Both the position numbers and the translations under genes were made by a program. The notes under the pieces are model-generated. The model was not told the DNA's origin. It ran no database searches and saw only the letters and a list, made by a program, of their open reading frames with translations. A stretch of 64,000 nucleotides of DNA. Source: Curvularia clavata (Eukaryota). This document shows, piece by piece, positions 49,187-61,700 of the stretch. Location: positions 3,844,001 through 3,908,000 of the forward strand of contig CP089274.1 in assembly GCA_023920165.1 (NCBI GenBank), in the 5' to 3' direction. How positions within the stretch are numbered: position 1 is the first letter of the stretch; each line of letters opens with the position of its first letter.

Positions 49187-50313
49187 TGTAACGGCGCGAG
49201 CAAGACTAGTCGAATCGGTTCCGGTGGGAAGTGTCACTCAAATGCATATAGAAGTGCGTGGGACAATAGAAATATCTTGGATTTGGTAGACACTTATAGG
49301 CCTGGTACGAAAGGATATTAAAAATCTACTGAACATCTATAGAAGGTAGCTAGTACTTATATCTAGAGGTAGGTCTTTATTAGATCTAATCTAGCCTTTA
49401 ATTAGATCTTAGTTAGCTATTCTGGCTAGAGTATATTTTAGTCTATACATAGTTACATTACCCCCCCTTCTAGTAGACAGCTAGTCCCACAGCTATTAGT
49501 TCTGGTAGTTATTCTTCTTCCCTACACTATTAGGTCCCTCGTTCCTAATTTCCCTAGATTTTCCCTATACTACACTACTCTAGCTAATAGGATACTCTAG
49601 TTCTAGTGTGGCTCCCGTAGCCGTGCATGTCCTTCACTTAAGCCTCTATGCCTGAGCCTTAGTAGCCACTCCGGTACTCACGTGGCGCTGCTGCCTTGCT
49701 GCCTGGCCGCTTGCCTTCACCTGCCAGACAGGCCTGGACGCTTCGATTAGAGCTCTGAGTCGCCGGCGATTCGTTTATAGTTAGGGTCTAACAGCTATCT
49801 AGATTACGTGTGCTAAGACTATTTACTCTCCTAGTAGGTATATTAATAATAATATAGTATCGCCGCCGAGTTTTCTCCTCTACGCTTTTTAATTAAAATA
49901 AGTTAGTTATAACTTAATACACTCGTCTTCGCTATATCTCTTTGTTATCCACTTAGTACGCTACTAGATGCGTATCGCTTTATCTATCTGCGAGCTATCT
50001 ACGTCTTAGCACGCCGTTAGTTTAACATTGCTTACACTTATCTGCCTAATTCCTCTAAGAAGTATCTTTATTATACTCAGCAGAAGGAGAAATACAATCC
50101 TATAAGTTTACTTCTCTTTTCCTTTACTATTTATAGCTTAGCTAATCTAGATAGATTCCTAAGTATATTTTTAAAGAGTTTTACAATTTAGTTAATACTA
50201 TTAAGCTATATACTATCGCTTGGTATAGCCCTAAAGCTAATGCCAATATAGAGATATTACTCAATCGAATCGCTACCACCGCTTTAGACATTGCCTGTAA
50301 GATCTAAGTTATT
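49187..50313 (-). mobile_element. Family B copy B2: 3' LTR (49187-49457) and part of the antisense gene; heavily RIP-mutated and truncated
   Basis: Collinear with B1 29779-30913, with many C>T/G>A changes. Confidence 0.88.
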
Positions 50314-50314
50314 G

Positions 50315-52441
50315 CAGTGGGGTGACAAAAAGAAAGAGTACAAGAAAAAATAGCTAATTTCAAATAGCTATATCTCAGCTTATATAATGACTGATAATAA
50401 GAAAATTTAATCTTTATATAGAGATTTACTAGATCTTAAAAGCTAGTATTTGAAATACTACTTACTAAGCATACAGAGTATACTAAAGAATACTAAAGTA
50501 GAGAGAAAAAGAAACGCCAACTTTAAGCTATTTTTTCGCGCTTGTTTTTTGGATTTTATATATATATCTATATATAGATAGACACTACTAGTCTATATAT
50601 ATAACATATATAGTCTTAAGCTATAGTTGTCTATCTAAGTTAGTAGATATATATATAAGTTATATTTTAGTATTTAAATTAGATAATAATTGTAAATTAC
50701 TATCTAATACTTAGTATACCAGCCCCTAGCTTCTACTACTCTATTATAGCGTTTTGGCATAGATAAAATACAGGTATCTATGTCTTTTTGTGGTATTTTA
50801 TGCCACTCTTGGTGAATAGCTGTAATAAACGTATTCATACTAGTCTCACTAGCGCCAGTGCCAAGACTAGAGCTTGGCAGCTTAGTAAGCCGATTTTTAA
50901 GCAAGCTCTATACGTTTTCTATTGGATTTAGATCTGGGCTATACGCTGGATGGTCGAAAAGTGTAATTTTATGGCGCTTAAACCAGTCTAAAACGTTTCT
51001 AGCCTTGTGGATCGTTGCGTTATCCTGTTGGAATTTCCAGCCTAGATAGCTATATATTAGTAAAGTATTTTATACTAGTTAGATATATATATATATAAGT
51101 ATATATATATATATAAGTATATATATATATATATAACTATATATAAGTAAAAATATAAAGTAAAACTTACCGCGTTTTATATTCGGTTTTACATACGGGA
51201 TTAGACATTTTCTAATATAGTGGTGATTTCGATGTTTAACTACGCTATTTGGCGTCTTAATAACCACTAGATTGGATCTGCCACCTATCCAAATAGCTCC
51301 CCAAACTTGGATAGTTATATCGTGAGCTAAAATTAGGCTTAGTCAGCTAGATATATAAGATATAAAATATATATATAGTTATATATATATATAACTATAT
51401 TTTGGCTTCTTAGATATATTTTCAAACGTACTTGTATTCTTTGTAGAGTATATTTTTTGATTTTGGTGATACTTTGGCCTATTTCGAGAAAATTCGGCTC
51501 GAGATCCATATCCACGCTGGATTCCAGACTCGTCAGAAAATATAATCTTTTTAAAGTTAATATTACTAAGCTTTTTAAGCGTAGTTTTAGCGTATAATAG
51601 TCGTTTTTTAGCTTTTTTCTCGTTTAAAATTGGCTTTTTTTGACTAGTTGTTATAGTCCAGCCCTCTGCTTTTAAAACTCTTTGAAGAGTTCTACTAGAT
51701 ATTTCTAGATTATTTTCGTTTAATAATCTATTTTTTGGTTTTTTTGGACTGCGTAGTATATCTCTATTTAGAGCTCTTATTGCTCTAGAAGTTGTCTTAG
51801 AAATTCCGCCTAAACTAGCTCTTTTTGGCTCACTAATAGCTTTATATTTTCGTTTTATTCGAGCTATAGCGTTATATATAGACCGTGGATTTTTTTGAAA
51901 GTAATTTATTATATTTTTTATAGGTGTATTAGCGTCTAAAAACGCTTTGATTTGGCGTTCGAAATTCGACAGTTGTGGCTCCATTGTGTGGGGAATACAG
52001 TTTTAAGTTGCTAGAAATGAAAAGCTATAGTTATATACTAGTTGATTACTAATAGCTGACTAAGCTAGTGCTTATGTAAGCTAGTGCCAAAATTTCAAAT
52101 CTCATATAGCTATTTAACTAGATAGACAACTATAGCTTAAAACTATATATATTATATATAAATACTAATAGTATATATCTATATATAGATAGCTATATAA
52201 AATAACAAATATCAGCGCCAAAAATACGTGCAAAGTTGACGTTTTTTTTTCTCTCTAGTTCAGCATTTCTTTCTAAGAGCTATATACTTACTAAGCTTCT
52301 TTTTAGATTATAGACTAGAAGAGCTGGTAATTCTCTATACAAATCTTAAGCTTTTATATTTTTAGCTATTTTATTAGCTAAGATATAGCCTAGTGAAAAA
52401 TGCTATTTTTCCTTGTGATCTTTTTTCGTGTCACCCCACTG
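50315..52441 (-). mobile_element. Tc1-like DNA transposon copy 2 (both termini present, TIRs unequal)
   Basis: cagtggggtgaca...tgtcaccccactg|TA; long imperfect TIRs. Confidence 0.9.
50704..51984 (-). CDS. Tc1-family DD34E transposase, 3 exons, 348 aa, intact
   Basis: Exons 51984-51432, 51326-51171, 51041-50704; same motifs as copy 1. Confidence 0.87.
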
Positions 52442-53582
52442 TATATAAAGATATATAGAATTTTAAATTAGATATCGACTTCTTTTCTATTATAACCAAT
52501 TAGAAACTACTAGACTACACGCATATTACAGCTAACATCCAACAACTATAAGGAAACATAGAGTTCCCTAAAGATAAAAAAAACTCTACAATAATATCTT
52601 AATAGGCTAAAAAGGCACAAGCTAACTAGACACGCGATAATTAGTACTAACTAAGTCCTTATTAGTATCACGCAAACAACTATAAGCACGCGTGGATCTA
52701 CTAGATAGGTTGCACCTATAACCTCTACCCAACACATTGGCAAGCTAAGCGAGAATCCGACTAGAACCCAACTAGTGTTCCTAGATACCCCAAATATAGC
52801 TAGATATAGTTAGAGTATACTAATATAAAATACGCGAGGTATCTATAGAATAAGCGCACCGCGATACACTTTCTTAGAAGAGATAGCCTAAGAGAAGTAG
52901 TAGACATGCAAACTACTTATATTATTCAAAATAAGGGCAACGTATAATAAGCATACAACTAACCCTTATAGTACACTTATCTCTCAGACAAATGCGAGAA
53001 ATATAAAGTAGAGAAACTCTATAATAGATTTATAAAGAAATTACAGACTTTTTTAGACTAGCGCTATAAAGGTAGAGCCCCTCTAAAGAAATTAACTTAG
53101 TAAACTTCCTAAAATTAATTAAACTTATAGTAAAGCTTAACAGAATATAGATACAGACATTAGTAGACTTAAGATTATAGGCAAACTATATTTCAGCGCA
53201 TGTAGTATAACGAGCCAGACTTAAAGTATAGCGGAAATAAAAGCCATACTTACTATATGTCGCTAGCGGCGAACCAATACCTAAAGAAAATAGAATCATA
53301 GATAAGATTAGATAAGTAATACTTAGTATCTAAGAGTATAAGAAAGAAATAGATCTAGACGTCCTTAGACTAACTATCTACAATATTATTTTAAGACTTC
53401 TATAGCTACGAGAATACAACCCGCAGATCGACTAGAAGTTAAAAGTATTTAAATTTAAGTACTGCGGACTAGGCGCAACCGCAAGCCAGCCTACATATCA
53501 GTAGAGTTTAATAGTAGATAAGAGTAATATTGCTAAATAGTATAATAATGTAGAGAAATAAGCGTACTTAAAAGATAGTTTC
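52442..53582 (+). mobile_element. Family C internal fragment in opposite orientation (gag end / protease region), RIP-mutated
   Basis: Reverse complement aligns with ~44205-45345. Confidence 0.82.
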
Positions 53583-56132
53583 TGTAACGGCGCGAGCAAG
53601 ACTAGTCGAATCGGTTCCGGTGGGAAGTGTCACTCAAATGCATATGGAAGTGCGTGGGACAGTAGAAACACCTTGGATTTAGTAGACACTTATAGGCCTG
53701 GTACGAAAGGATATTAAAAATCTACCGAATATCTATGGAAGGTACCTGGTACTTATATTTGGGTGCGGGTCTTTATTAGGTCTAACCCGGCTCTTAATTG
53801 GATCTTGATAAGCTGCTCTGGCTGGGGTATGTTTTAGTCTATGTATGGTTACATTACCCCCTCTCCTGGTAGACAGCTGGTCCTATAGCTGTCTGTTCTG
53901 GTTGTCATTCTTCTTCCCTGTACTATAGGGTCTCTTGTTCCTAATTTCTCCTAGATTTTCTCTATACTGCGCTACTTCGGGCAATAGGATGCTCTGGTTC
54001 CGGTGTGGCTTCTGTAGCCGTGCATGTCCTTCACTTGAGCCTCTGTGCCTAAGTCTTAGTGACTATTCCGGTACTCACGTGGCGCTGCTGCCTTGCTGTC
54101 TGGCCGCTAGGCCGTTTGCCTTCACCTGCTAGACAGGCCTGGACGCTTCGATCGGAGCTCTAAGTCGCCGGCGATTTGTTTGTAGTCAGGGTCTAACGGC
54201 TATCTAGATTACGTGTGCCAAGACTGTTTGCTCCTCTAGTGTGTATATTAATAATAATATAGTGTCGCCGCTGAGTTTTCTCCTCTACGCTTTTTAATTA
54301 AAATAAGTTAGTTATAACTTAACGTACTTGTTTTCGCTATATCTCTTTATTGTCCGTCTGGTGCGCTACTGGATGCGTATTGCTTTATCTGTCTGCGAGC
54401 TGTCCGCGCCTTGGCGCGCCGTTAGTTCGATATTGCTTACGCCTACCCGTCCGATTCCTTTAAGAAGTGTCTTTATTGTATCTAGTAGAAGGAGAAGTGC
54501 GATTCTATAAGTTTGCTTCTTTTTTTTTTCACTATTTATAGCTTGGCTAATCTGGATAGGTTCCTGAGTACGTCTTTAAGGAGTTTTATGATTTGATTGA
54601 TGCTATTGAGTTATGTGCTATCGCTTGGTATAGCCTTATAGTTGATGCCGATATAGAGGTATTGCTTGATTGAATTGTTGCCACTGCTTTGGATATCGTC
54701 TGTAAGGTCTAAGTTGTTAGGTCCTAGAAGAAGGAGCTTTTAGTTAATTAGCTTCTTATCGTCTAAAACTAGGTCCTAAGGGATATCTGAGATAGTATCT
54801 TGGAGTTAGTTGATATAGTTAATAGTATAGAAAGGCGCCTTTCGCGTCTTAAGGCTAGGTTGGCTTGGGGTAGCGCCTGGGTCAGCCCTCGGGTCGAGGA
54901 GTTGGAGGAATGGTCTGGTTTGTCCTCCTCTTTAGAGGAGGATAAGGGTGCGGTTGACTAGGAGATAGCTGACGCTAAGCTGGAGCGCTCTAATATTGAG
55001 CTTTAAGTGAGGTGATATTTAGGGGGTTTGCTAGTGGTTATAGGGTTTAGGTCTAAGTTTCTTTTGTTACTAATACCTAATAAAGTTTCTGTTTTTTCTT
55101 TTCTCTAAATTTTGTTATTCTGTAGTGAAGTTATATCCTCTATGCTTTGTTCCTATGCCGTAATCCACTTACTAAGGGAACGTGGGGGTCTTGGTTTAGT
55201 GGGATGTTGTTTATAGAAGAGTTTGAGCTTGTGTAGGGCTTCTATAAAGTTTAAGGCTAGGTACTAGGTAGGATCTAGATTATGTCCGACCTACCATACT
55301 TAGTATTTTAGGTTTGAGCGGTACAACTTACTTACTAGAATTTTTTCTACCTCCTATTCTTCTACGCCTTAGATAGGAGTTGCTAGGGGCTTTAGAGGTT
55401 CTTATCTTAGGAGGGGGTCTTAAGAATTCTTATATAATAGATCTGGGGCGAAGATATTATAGATCTAGGATCTTTTTGGAAGGTCTAAGTAGTATAAATG
55501 TCCTACCTTCTTAAATACTCTAAAGGGTCTTTTCTATTTGGAGGATAGCTTCCTACTTAGACGGTCTGACGCGAGGTTCCGGGTACTTAGGAAGACTATG
55601 TTTCCCACATCCTAGTCAACAGAACGATGATGGTGGTTGACTGTAGTTCGCATCCTGTCCTGGGCTTTCTCTATTTGTTTCTTAGCTACCTTCTATGCGT
55701 TGTGTATGCAGGTAGCTATTTCTAATGTATCCTTATGGTTGAGTTTGTTAGTGGGGGTAAGAAGGCTAGTGGAATATTTCTAGTCCTAACTCTACTAGGG
55801 TTTGGAACCATATAGGATGTGGTATGGAGATATGCTAATAGAAGAATGTAGTAGGGAAATTTAAGTATAATTAATTAAAGGTAGAAGTCTACTCTAGTTG
55901 TCTTAGTAGTAGGATACGAATGGGCGTAATCTCTAATTAATATACTTATTTATAATTTCTGTCTAACTATCTGTTTCTTTATAGTAGGCGGTTGACAGCT
56001 TAACTTTAACGTCTAGGATTTGGCAGAATTCCGACTAGAAGCTTGAAATGAACTGTGGTTCTTGGTCAGAGACTATGGTTTTAGGTGTGTGGCTAAATTG
56101 GTACACCTATTGCACGAATAGGTCGGCCATTC

Positions 56133-56639
56133 TGTTACAAGTAACAAAGAAGGATCTCTCCTTGACGATGGCCGCAGGTAGGAGACCATTGGGCGACACG
56201 TCAGAAGGTAATGATCCCCGCGGAAGGGCGATCACATGACTGGCCTCAGGCCAAGACCGGGAAACCACGCTAGTATGTGAGGACACGCTCACACGTGACC
56301 AAAGTGACTTCAGGGACTTCAGAGAACACAGGGGTTATTCCGTGAGGACAGTGAGGACAGGACCGGAAGCAATGGGTATAAGAATGTGTTGGATTTCATT
56401 ATTACACTCGTTGTGGTCAACTCAGCAAAGTATCTTTCATAGTTACCTTTCATACTCAGATTGATACTAGTTATTCTATCTTCCAATAGGATTGGTTTTG
56501 TCTATCTTCCGTTAATCCCTACCACCGAATCGCCAGACAACTACCTCACGGTATACTTCATAGAAACTGGCCTCGCCCTAACCCGGAATCTAGGCTAGGT
56601 AAGTATATTCCCAACTAACCAGTAGGACCCCGTGTAACA
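56133..56639 (+). repeat. 5' LTR of D
   Basis: tgttacaag...gtgtaaca; TATA-like tataag at ~56377. Confidence 0.94.
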
Positions 56640-56700
56640 CTTTGACCACCCACGGATTCGGTAAGCGGTTTAACACCAAGCGTCCGATTGAGATATCACC

Positions 56701-58791
56701 ATGTCACGCAACTCCAACGAGTATGTCAACGTCCAGGGACCGGCTCCCGCACAGGACATCAACATGGCCGGAAGCACCCAGGGAGTGGGCAACGAGCATG
56801 CCCCAGGGACTCCTGAGTGGGAACTTGCCAATCTCAGACGCGAGCACCAGGCTCAGGCACAGCAGATGATCGAAATGCAGAATATGGTTAATCAGCTTAT
56901 GAGTCAGCTGATGGCTACGCCAAACGAAAAGGTTGTCAAGAAACCTAAGATGGCAACTCCCGAAAAGTATGACGGAAACCGTAACGACCTACGAACGTTC
57001 CTCACCACCATCGACCTATACTGCGAATTCAACGAGGTACCTAGTGATCAGGAAAAGATCCTCATGGCCAGTACGCATATGAAAGGAAAAGCGGCTAACT
57101 GGGTCCAACCATATGTGGAGGACTACCTATCGTCAATAAAGACCAAAGGGACCAAGGAAGAAACCAAGGCCCTATTCGCAAGTTGGAACAACTTCAAGGA
57201 TGAAATGGGACGTGTCTTCGGAGAGGTCGACGCCAAGAACCAAGCAGAGAAAGCGATCACACGCCTGAAGCAGACCACGTCCGTTTCGGCTTACACAGCT
57301 GAGTTTAAGCAGCTACAAGCGCGAATTGATTGGGACGACGCAGCTCTTCGAACGGTATTCGAAGACGGTCTGAAGGAAATTGTCAAAGACGGTCTAGTAC
57401 ACCATGATAAGCCAGAAACGTTACAAGCTCTGATTGAGCTGGCCACGCGAATCGACAATAGGATCTGGGAACGAAACGAACAAAAGAAACGGCAATTTCG
57501 ACCCAACATGGCTAACACCAAGAAACAACGCAACAACCGAGACAAGGACGGCGATACAATCATGACGGGAAAAGTACAAGAAAAGACCAGAGACAAGAAA
57601 CCCCGAGGAAAGGGCCAGGACGGCCTTTCCAAGGAAGAACGCCAGAAGCGTTATGACAACAAAGCATGTCTCCGATGCGGCGAAGTAGGACACTTCCGCA
57701 GAGACTGCCCGAAGAACGAAGTCAAGCAGGCAGTAGTAAAGATCAGGATGCTGAAGTCACAGCCATCTACACTACCCTCCGACGACGACCTCAGCGATCT
57801 AGACCTCTACGACGAAGCACGTCTAGCTGAGAACACGGATTATGTGATTGTCCCGGAGCTCGTCAGAGCGGACAAACACATGAAATGGGAACCACCACAG
57901 CCATCCGACTGGATCGTGAAGGACACAGATGCCCAGCGTCGGATCGCACAAAACTTATGCTGGATGTGCGGAGACCCAGCACACCACGGCAATGGCTGCC
58001 CACTTCGAGGAAGAAGAATTGCAGTCACAGGGCCGATGGCCAGGGAAGTACTTGCCCAGGCAGCCCAGGAACAACCGTACTTTAAGGACGAGCTACCGGA
58101 ACCAGAAAACGACCGCGAAGACGAACATAGAAAGCTGCACTGGATCGAATGCGACAGTATAGACTACTGCGAGTTCCATGCCGAAGAATCGAGACTGTCC
58201 CAGTACGACGCAGAAGAATGTTGCCACGCACACTTAAGAAGTGAAGCATGCAAGGTATTGGATTGCACCATCCACGCACCATGGAAGCAACACGACGATC
58301 ACGAAATGATCGCCTGGAACGAATGCAAAAGGAGGTTTTGTATGTTCCACTCAGATGCTAAAGAACAATGCAAGTTGGACGAGCATGATCCTAATCACAA
58401 GCATCTATGGGCAAACGACTGCCCCATGCTGGATTGCCACATCCACAAGGAAGAACATCAACGAGCTCACGAGCAGCTCTGCTGGATCAACTGCATAGAG
58501 AAATGCCGATTCCACCGAGAACAGAGAATCGCGGCAAGACATGCAGATCACCATCTGCACGGCACGATCGCGGCTAAGGAATGCCGGACGATCAAGTGCA
58601 GGATGCACGGGACAAAGGAGATCAACCTGCCAGAGACGCTGGAAGAAATGATCCCCCACCCAAACGAACACTGGACCTTCTGCACAGACGACAACTGCAG
58701 AATCCACCTGGACGCAAAACAGAACCATGGCTACTTTCCGCGGAAAAGAAAGGGAAAGAAGCTTGGGTCCAGGGGACCGTCAAAAAACTAG
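56701..58791 (+). CDS. D gag: capsid, two CCHC knuckles and a C-terminal array of H/C-rich repeats
   Basis: PEKYDGNR, LKQTTSVSAY, CLRCGEVGHFRRDC, CWMCGDPAHHGNGC, then seven H-x7-C-x3/5-C-x2-H units. Confidence 0.93.
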   Translation: MSRNSNEYVNVQGPAPAQDINMAGSTQGVGNEHAPGTPEWELANLRREHQAQAQQMIEMQNMVNQLMSQLMATPNEKVVKKPKMATPEKYDGNRNDLRTFLTTIDLYCEFNEVPSDQEKILMASTHMKGKAANWVQPYVEDYLSSIKTKGTKEETKALFASWNNFKDEMGRVFGEVDAKNQAEKAITRLKQTTSVSAYTAEFKQLQARIDWDDAALRTVFEDGLKEIVKDGLVHHDKPETLQALIELATRIDNRIWERNEQKKRQFRPNMANTKKQRNNRDKDGDTIMTGKVQEKTRDKKPRGKGQDGLSKEERQKRYDNKACLRCGEVGHFRRDCPKNEVKQAVVKIRMLKSQPSTLPSDDDLSDLDLYDEARLAENTDYVIVPELVRADKHMKWEPPQPSDWIVKDTDAQRRIAQNLCWMCGDPAHHGNGCPLRGRRIAVTGPMAREVLAQAAQEQPYFKDELPEPENDREDEHRKLHWIECDSIDYCEFHAEESRLSQYDAEECCHAHLRSEACKVLDCTIHAPWKQHDDHEMIAWNECKRRFCMFHSDAKEQCKLDEHDPNHKHLWANDCPMLDCHIHKEEHQRAHEQLCWINCIEKCRFHREQRIAARHADHHLHGTIAAKECRTIKCRMHGTKEINLPETLEEMIPHPNEHWTFCTDDNCRIHLDAKQNHGYFPRKRKGKKLGSRGPSKN

Positions 58792-61700
58792 GATGCCACC
58801 AGGGACAGGGTCACGCTGGTAAAGGCAGTCCTAAAACGACCCTAAGACGAGTACATTACACCGATGATCGCCCAAAGGAATTGGTAACGACCGTGTATGT
58901 ACAGGGACACAAATTACAGGCAATCGTAGACAGCGGTGCCGCACGAACAATGATCTCACCCCGAGTGGTAGAGAAGTACGAAATACCATACCGGAGCAAG
59001 AAGCGTCCGCTACAGGTAATATCGGCCGAAGAAACGCCCGTAGCATACGGCAAAGGCACGATAAGGCTCGAGACAGAACTGGTGACACTGGAGGTGTCCG
59101 ATACCAAGAGTCAAATGAGCATTAGCATTATGGATCTAGGAGAAACGGATCTATTGATCGGTTATGACTGGCTGGATGCCCATAACCCCGCCATCGACTG
59201 GCGAAACAGAACGATACTCAGCCGAGAACCTGCGAAAAGGGTTGCTGGAGTACGACATGAGATACGCCCGACGAATCAGTGCACAACCCGGGATGGGAGA
59301 TTCGGCAAGATCTCACCGCATAAGATCGCGAGAATCTATGCGAAGGACCCTCAGCAAGTAGGAGTCATTTGGTTAAGACGAGTCGTGCCCAAGAAGGACA
59401 GACCCTTACCCCAGGAAAAGCCCAAAGACGTATTGTTGGACATTCCTAAAGAATACAGAACGAATGAGTTCAAGGAACTATTCGAAGAAAACGAGGCAAC
59501 AGACTTAGCAGAACATCAGGATTGGGATCACGAGATCATCCTCGAGGATGGAGCAAAGTTGACGCCAGGAGGCATGTATCCTATATCGCCCGAGCACGAC
59601 GCCGAGCTCAAGGAATACCTCCGGAAGAATCTTAAGAAAGGATTCATCAGACCGGGGTCAGGCCCGATGGCCTCACCCATATTGTTCGTAAAGAAACCTA
59701 ACGGAAAATGGCGACTATGTGTCGATTACCGAAGGTTGAACGCGGTAACCCGAAAGAATCGGTACCCACTACCACTCATAACAGAGCTCATGGATCGACT
59801 CCAGGGAGCCAAGTGGTTCACGAAGTTCGATGTCCGAGAAGGATTTTATCGGATCAGGATCAAGGAAGGAGACGAATGGAAAACAGCGTTCAAGACGAAG
59901 TATGGACTGTTCGAGTATACGGTCATGCCGTTCGGCCTAACGAATGCGCCGGCGACCTTTCAATCAGTCATCAACAACGCTCTCCACGAATACCTTGGTG
60001 TCTTCGCAACAGCTTACTTGGACGATGTACTAGTGTACTCCAAGGGAACGCTCGAAGAACACATCGAACATGTCAAGAAAGTGCTCAGAAAGCTCAAGGA
60101 ATACAAGCTATATCTGCAGCCAGGGAAATGCGAATTCCACACGCAGGAAACGGAATTCCTCGGATTCATCATCTCGACCGAAGGAGTGAAAATGAACCCA
60201 AAAAAGGTACAGGCTGTACGGGATTGGAAAACGCCCAAAACAGTTAAGGATGTTCAGTCCTTCCTAGGGCTAGCGAACTACTACCGGAAGTTCATAAAAG
60301 ATTATTCGAAGATCACAGCACCCCTTACGGAGATCACGAAGAAGGAAGTAGGTTTCAGATGGAAACAGGAACAACAGAAAGCTTTCGACAAGCTCAAGCA
60401 GACGTTCCTAGAGGCACCCGTACTAGAGATGTACGATCCTCAACGACCAACCAGACTCGAGACTGACGCGTCTGATTACGCACTCGGAGCTGTATTGTCA
60501 CAGCAGTGCCCAGATGGGAAATGGAGACCCGTGTTCTACCATTCCAGAAAGTTCGACGAAGCAGAGTTGAACTACGATGTTCACGATAAGGAACTACTTG
60601 GAGTAGTCGATGCCTTTGAACAATGGGAAGTATACCTGTTAGGACTTCCACACACGATCGAGGTTTTTACCGATCATCAGAACCTCACGAGTTTTATGAC
60701 AACGAAGAAACTCAACCGAAGACAAGTCCGATATGCTGAGATGTTAGCTCAGTTTGACTTCAAAATCACGCATCGAGCAGGATCGCTCAACGGAGCCGCG
60801 GATGCTCTGAGCCGAAGATCCGATTTACGCGGAAAAGGCCACAAAGAGCCACACGACGCAGTACTCAAGAGAATGCCCGACGGCAGCTTGAGGTACAACC
60901 AGCCGGATCTGGCTAGATTAGCCAAGATAGCCGAGCAAGTGGAAACGTTGCAACAGCAATGGCAACAAAAAGCGAATGAATGGGTACCATTGGACGGACA
61001 AAAGGAACTCAACGGGCTACAGAACAAAGGTGAGCCGCGGAACGAGAGTCGACCCTACGTACCCACGCACATGAGAAAAGATCTCATCAAAGAACTGCAT
61101 GAGTCACGAGAATACGGACATGCAAGCATCGACGAAATGGTCAGGCGACTGAATAAGGCGTTTTATATGCCGCGCTTGAGGGCGCAGGTGCAGGAAGTTG
61201 TAGGCAACTGTGTGGCATGTCACCAGAACAAGCCCAAAAGACATAAGCCCTATGGCCTGTTACAACCCTTACCGCCACCAACGCGACCATGGAGCAGCGT
61301 AACGATGGACTTCATAGTGAAGCTCCCGAAATCGTTAGAGCCAGGATCGGCTCGACTCTGCGACACCATTTTGGTCATAATGTGTCGACAGACCAAAGGG
61401 GCAAAGTTTGTGCCCACAGAAGAAACAATTACGGCAGAGGAATGCGCGTACGAAGTTTCCAAAGCACTAATATCAGAGCACGGGATGCCCGAAGAATTCA
61501 TAACGGACAGAGATAAGCTGTTCACATCGAAATACTGGTCAACGTTCTTAGCAAAACTGGGAGTTAAGAAGAAGCTATCGACTAGCTTCCACCCAGAAAC
61601 CGACGGACAAACGGAACGAACAAACCAAACGCTAGAACAGTATCTGCGATTTTACGCCAACAAGCTGCAGGACAACTGGGTTGAACTCTTGCCGACAGCA

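Noticed and set aside
58581..58781. ORF-track start of D pol (and of B1 pol at 35323)
   Set aside because: Upstream of the slippery sites; pol is better explained as a -1 frameshift fusion with gag.
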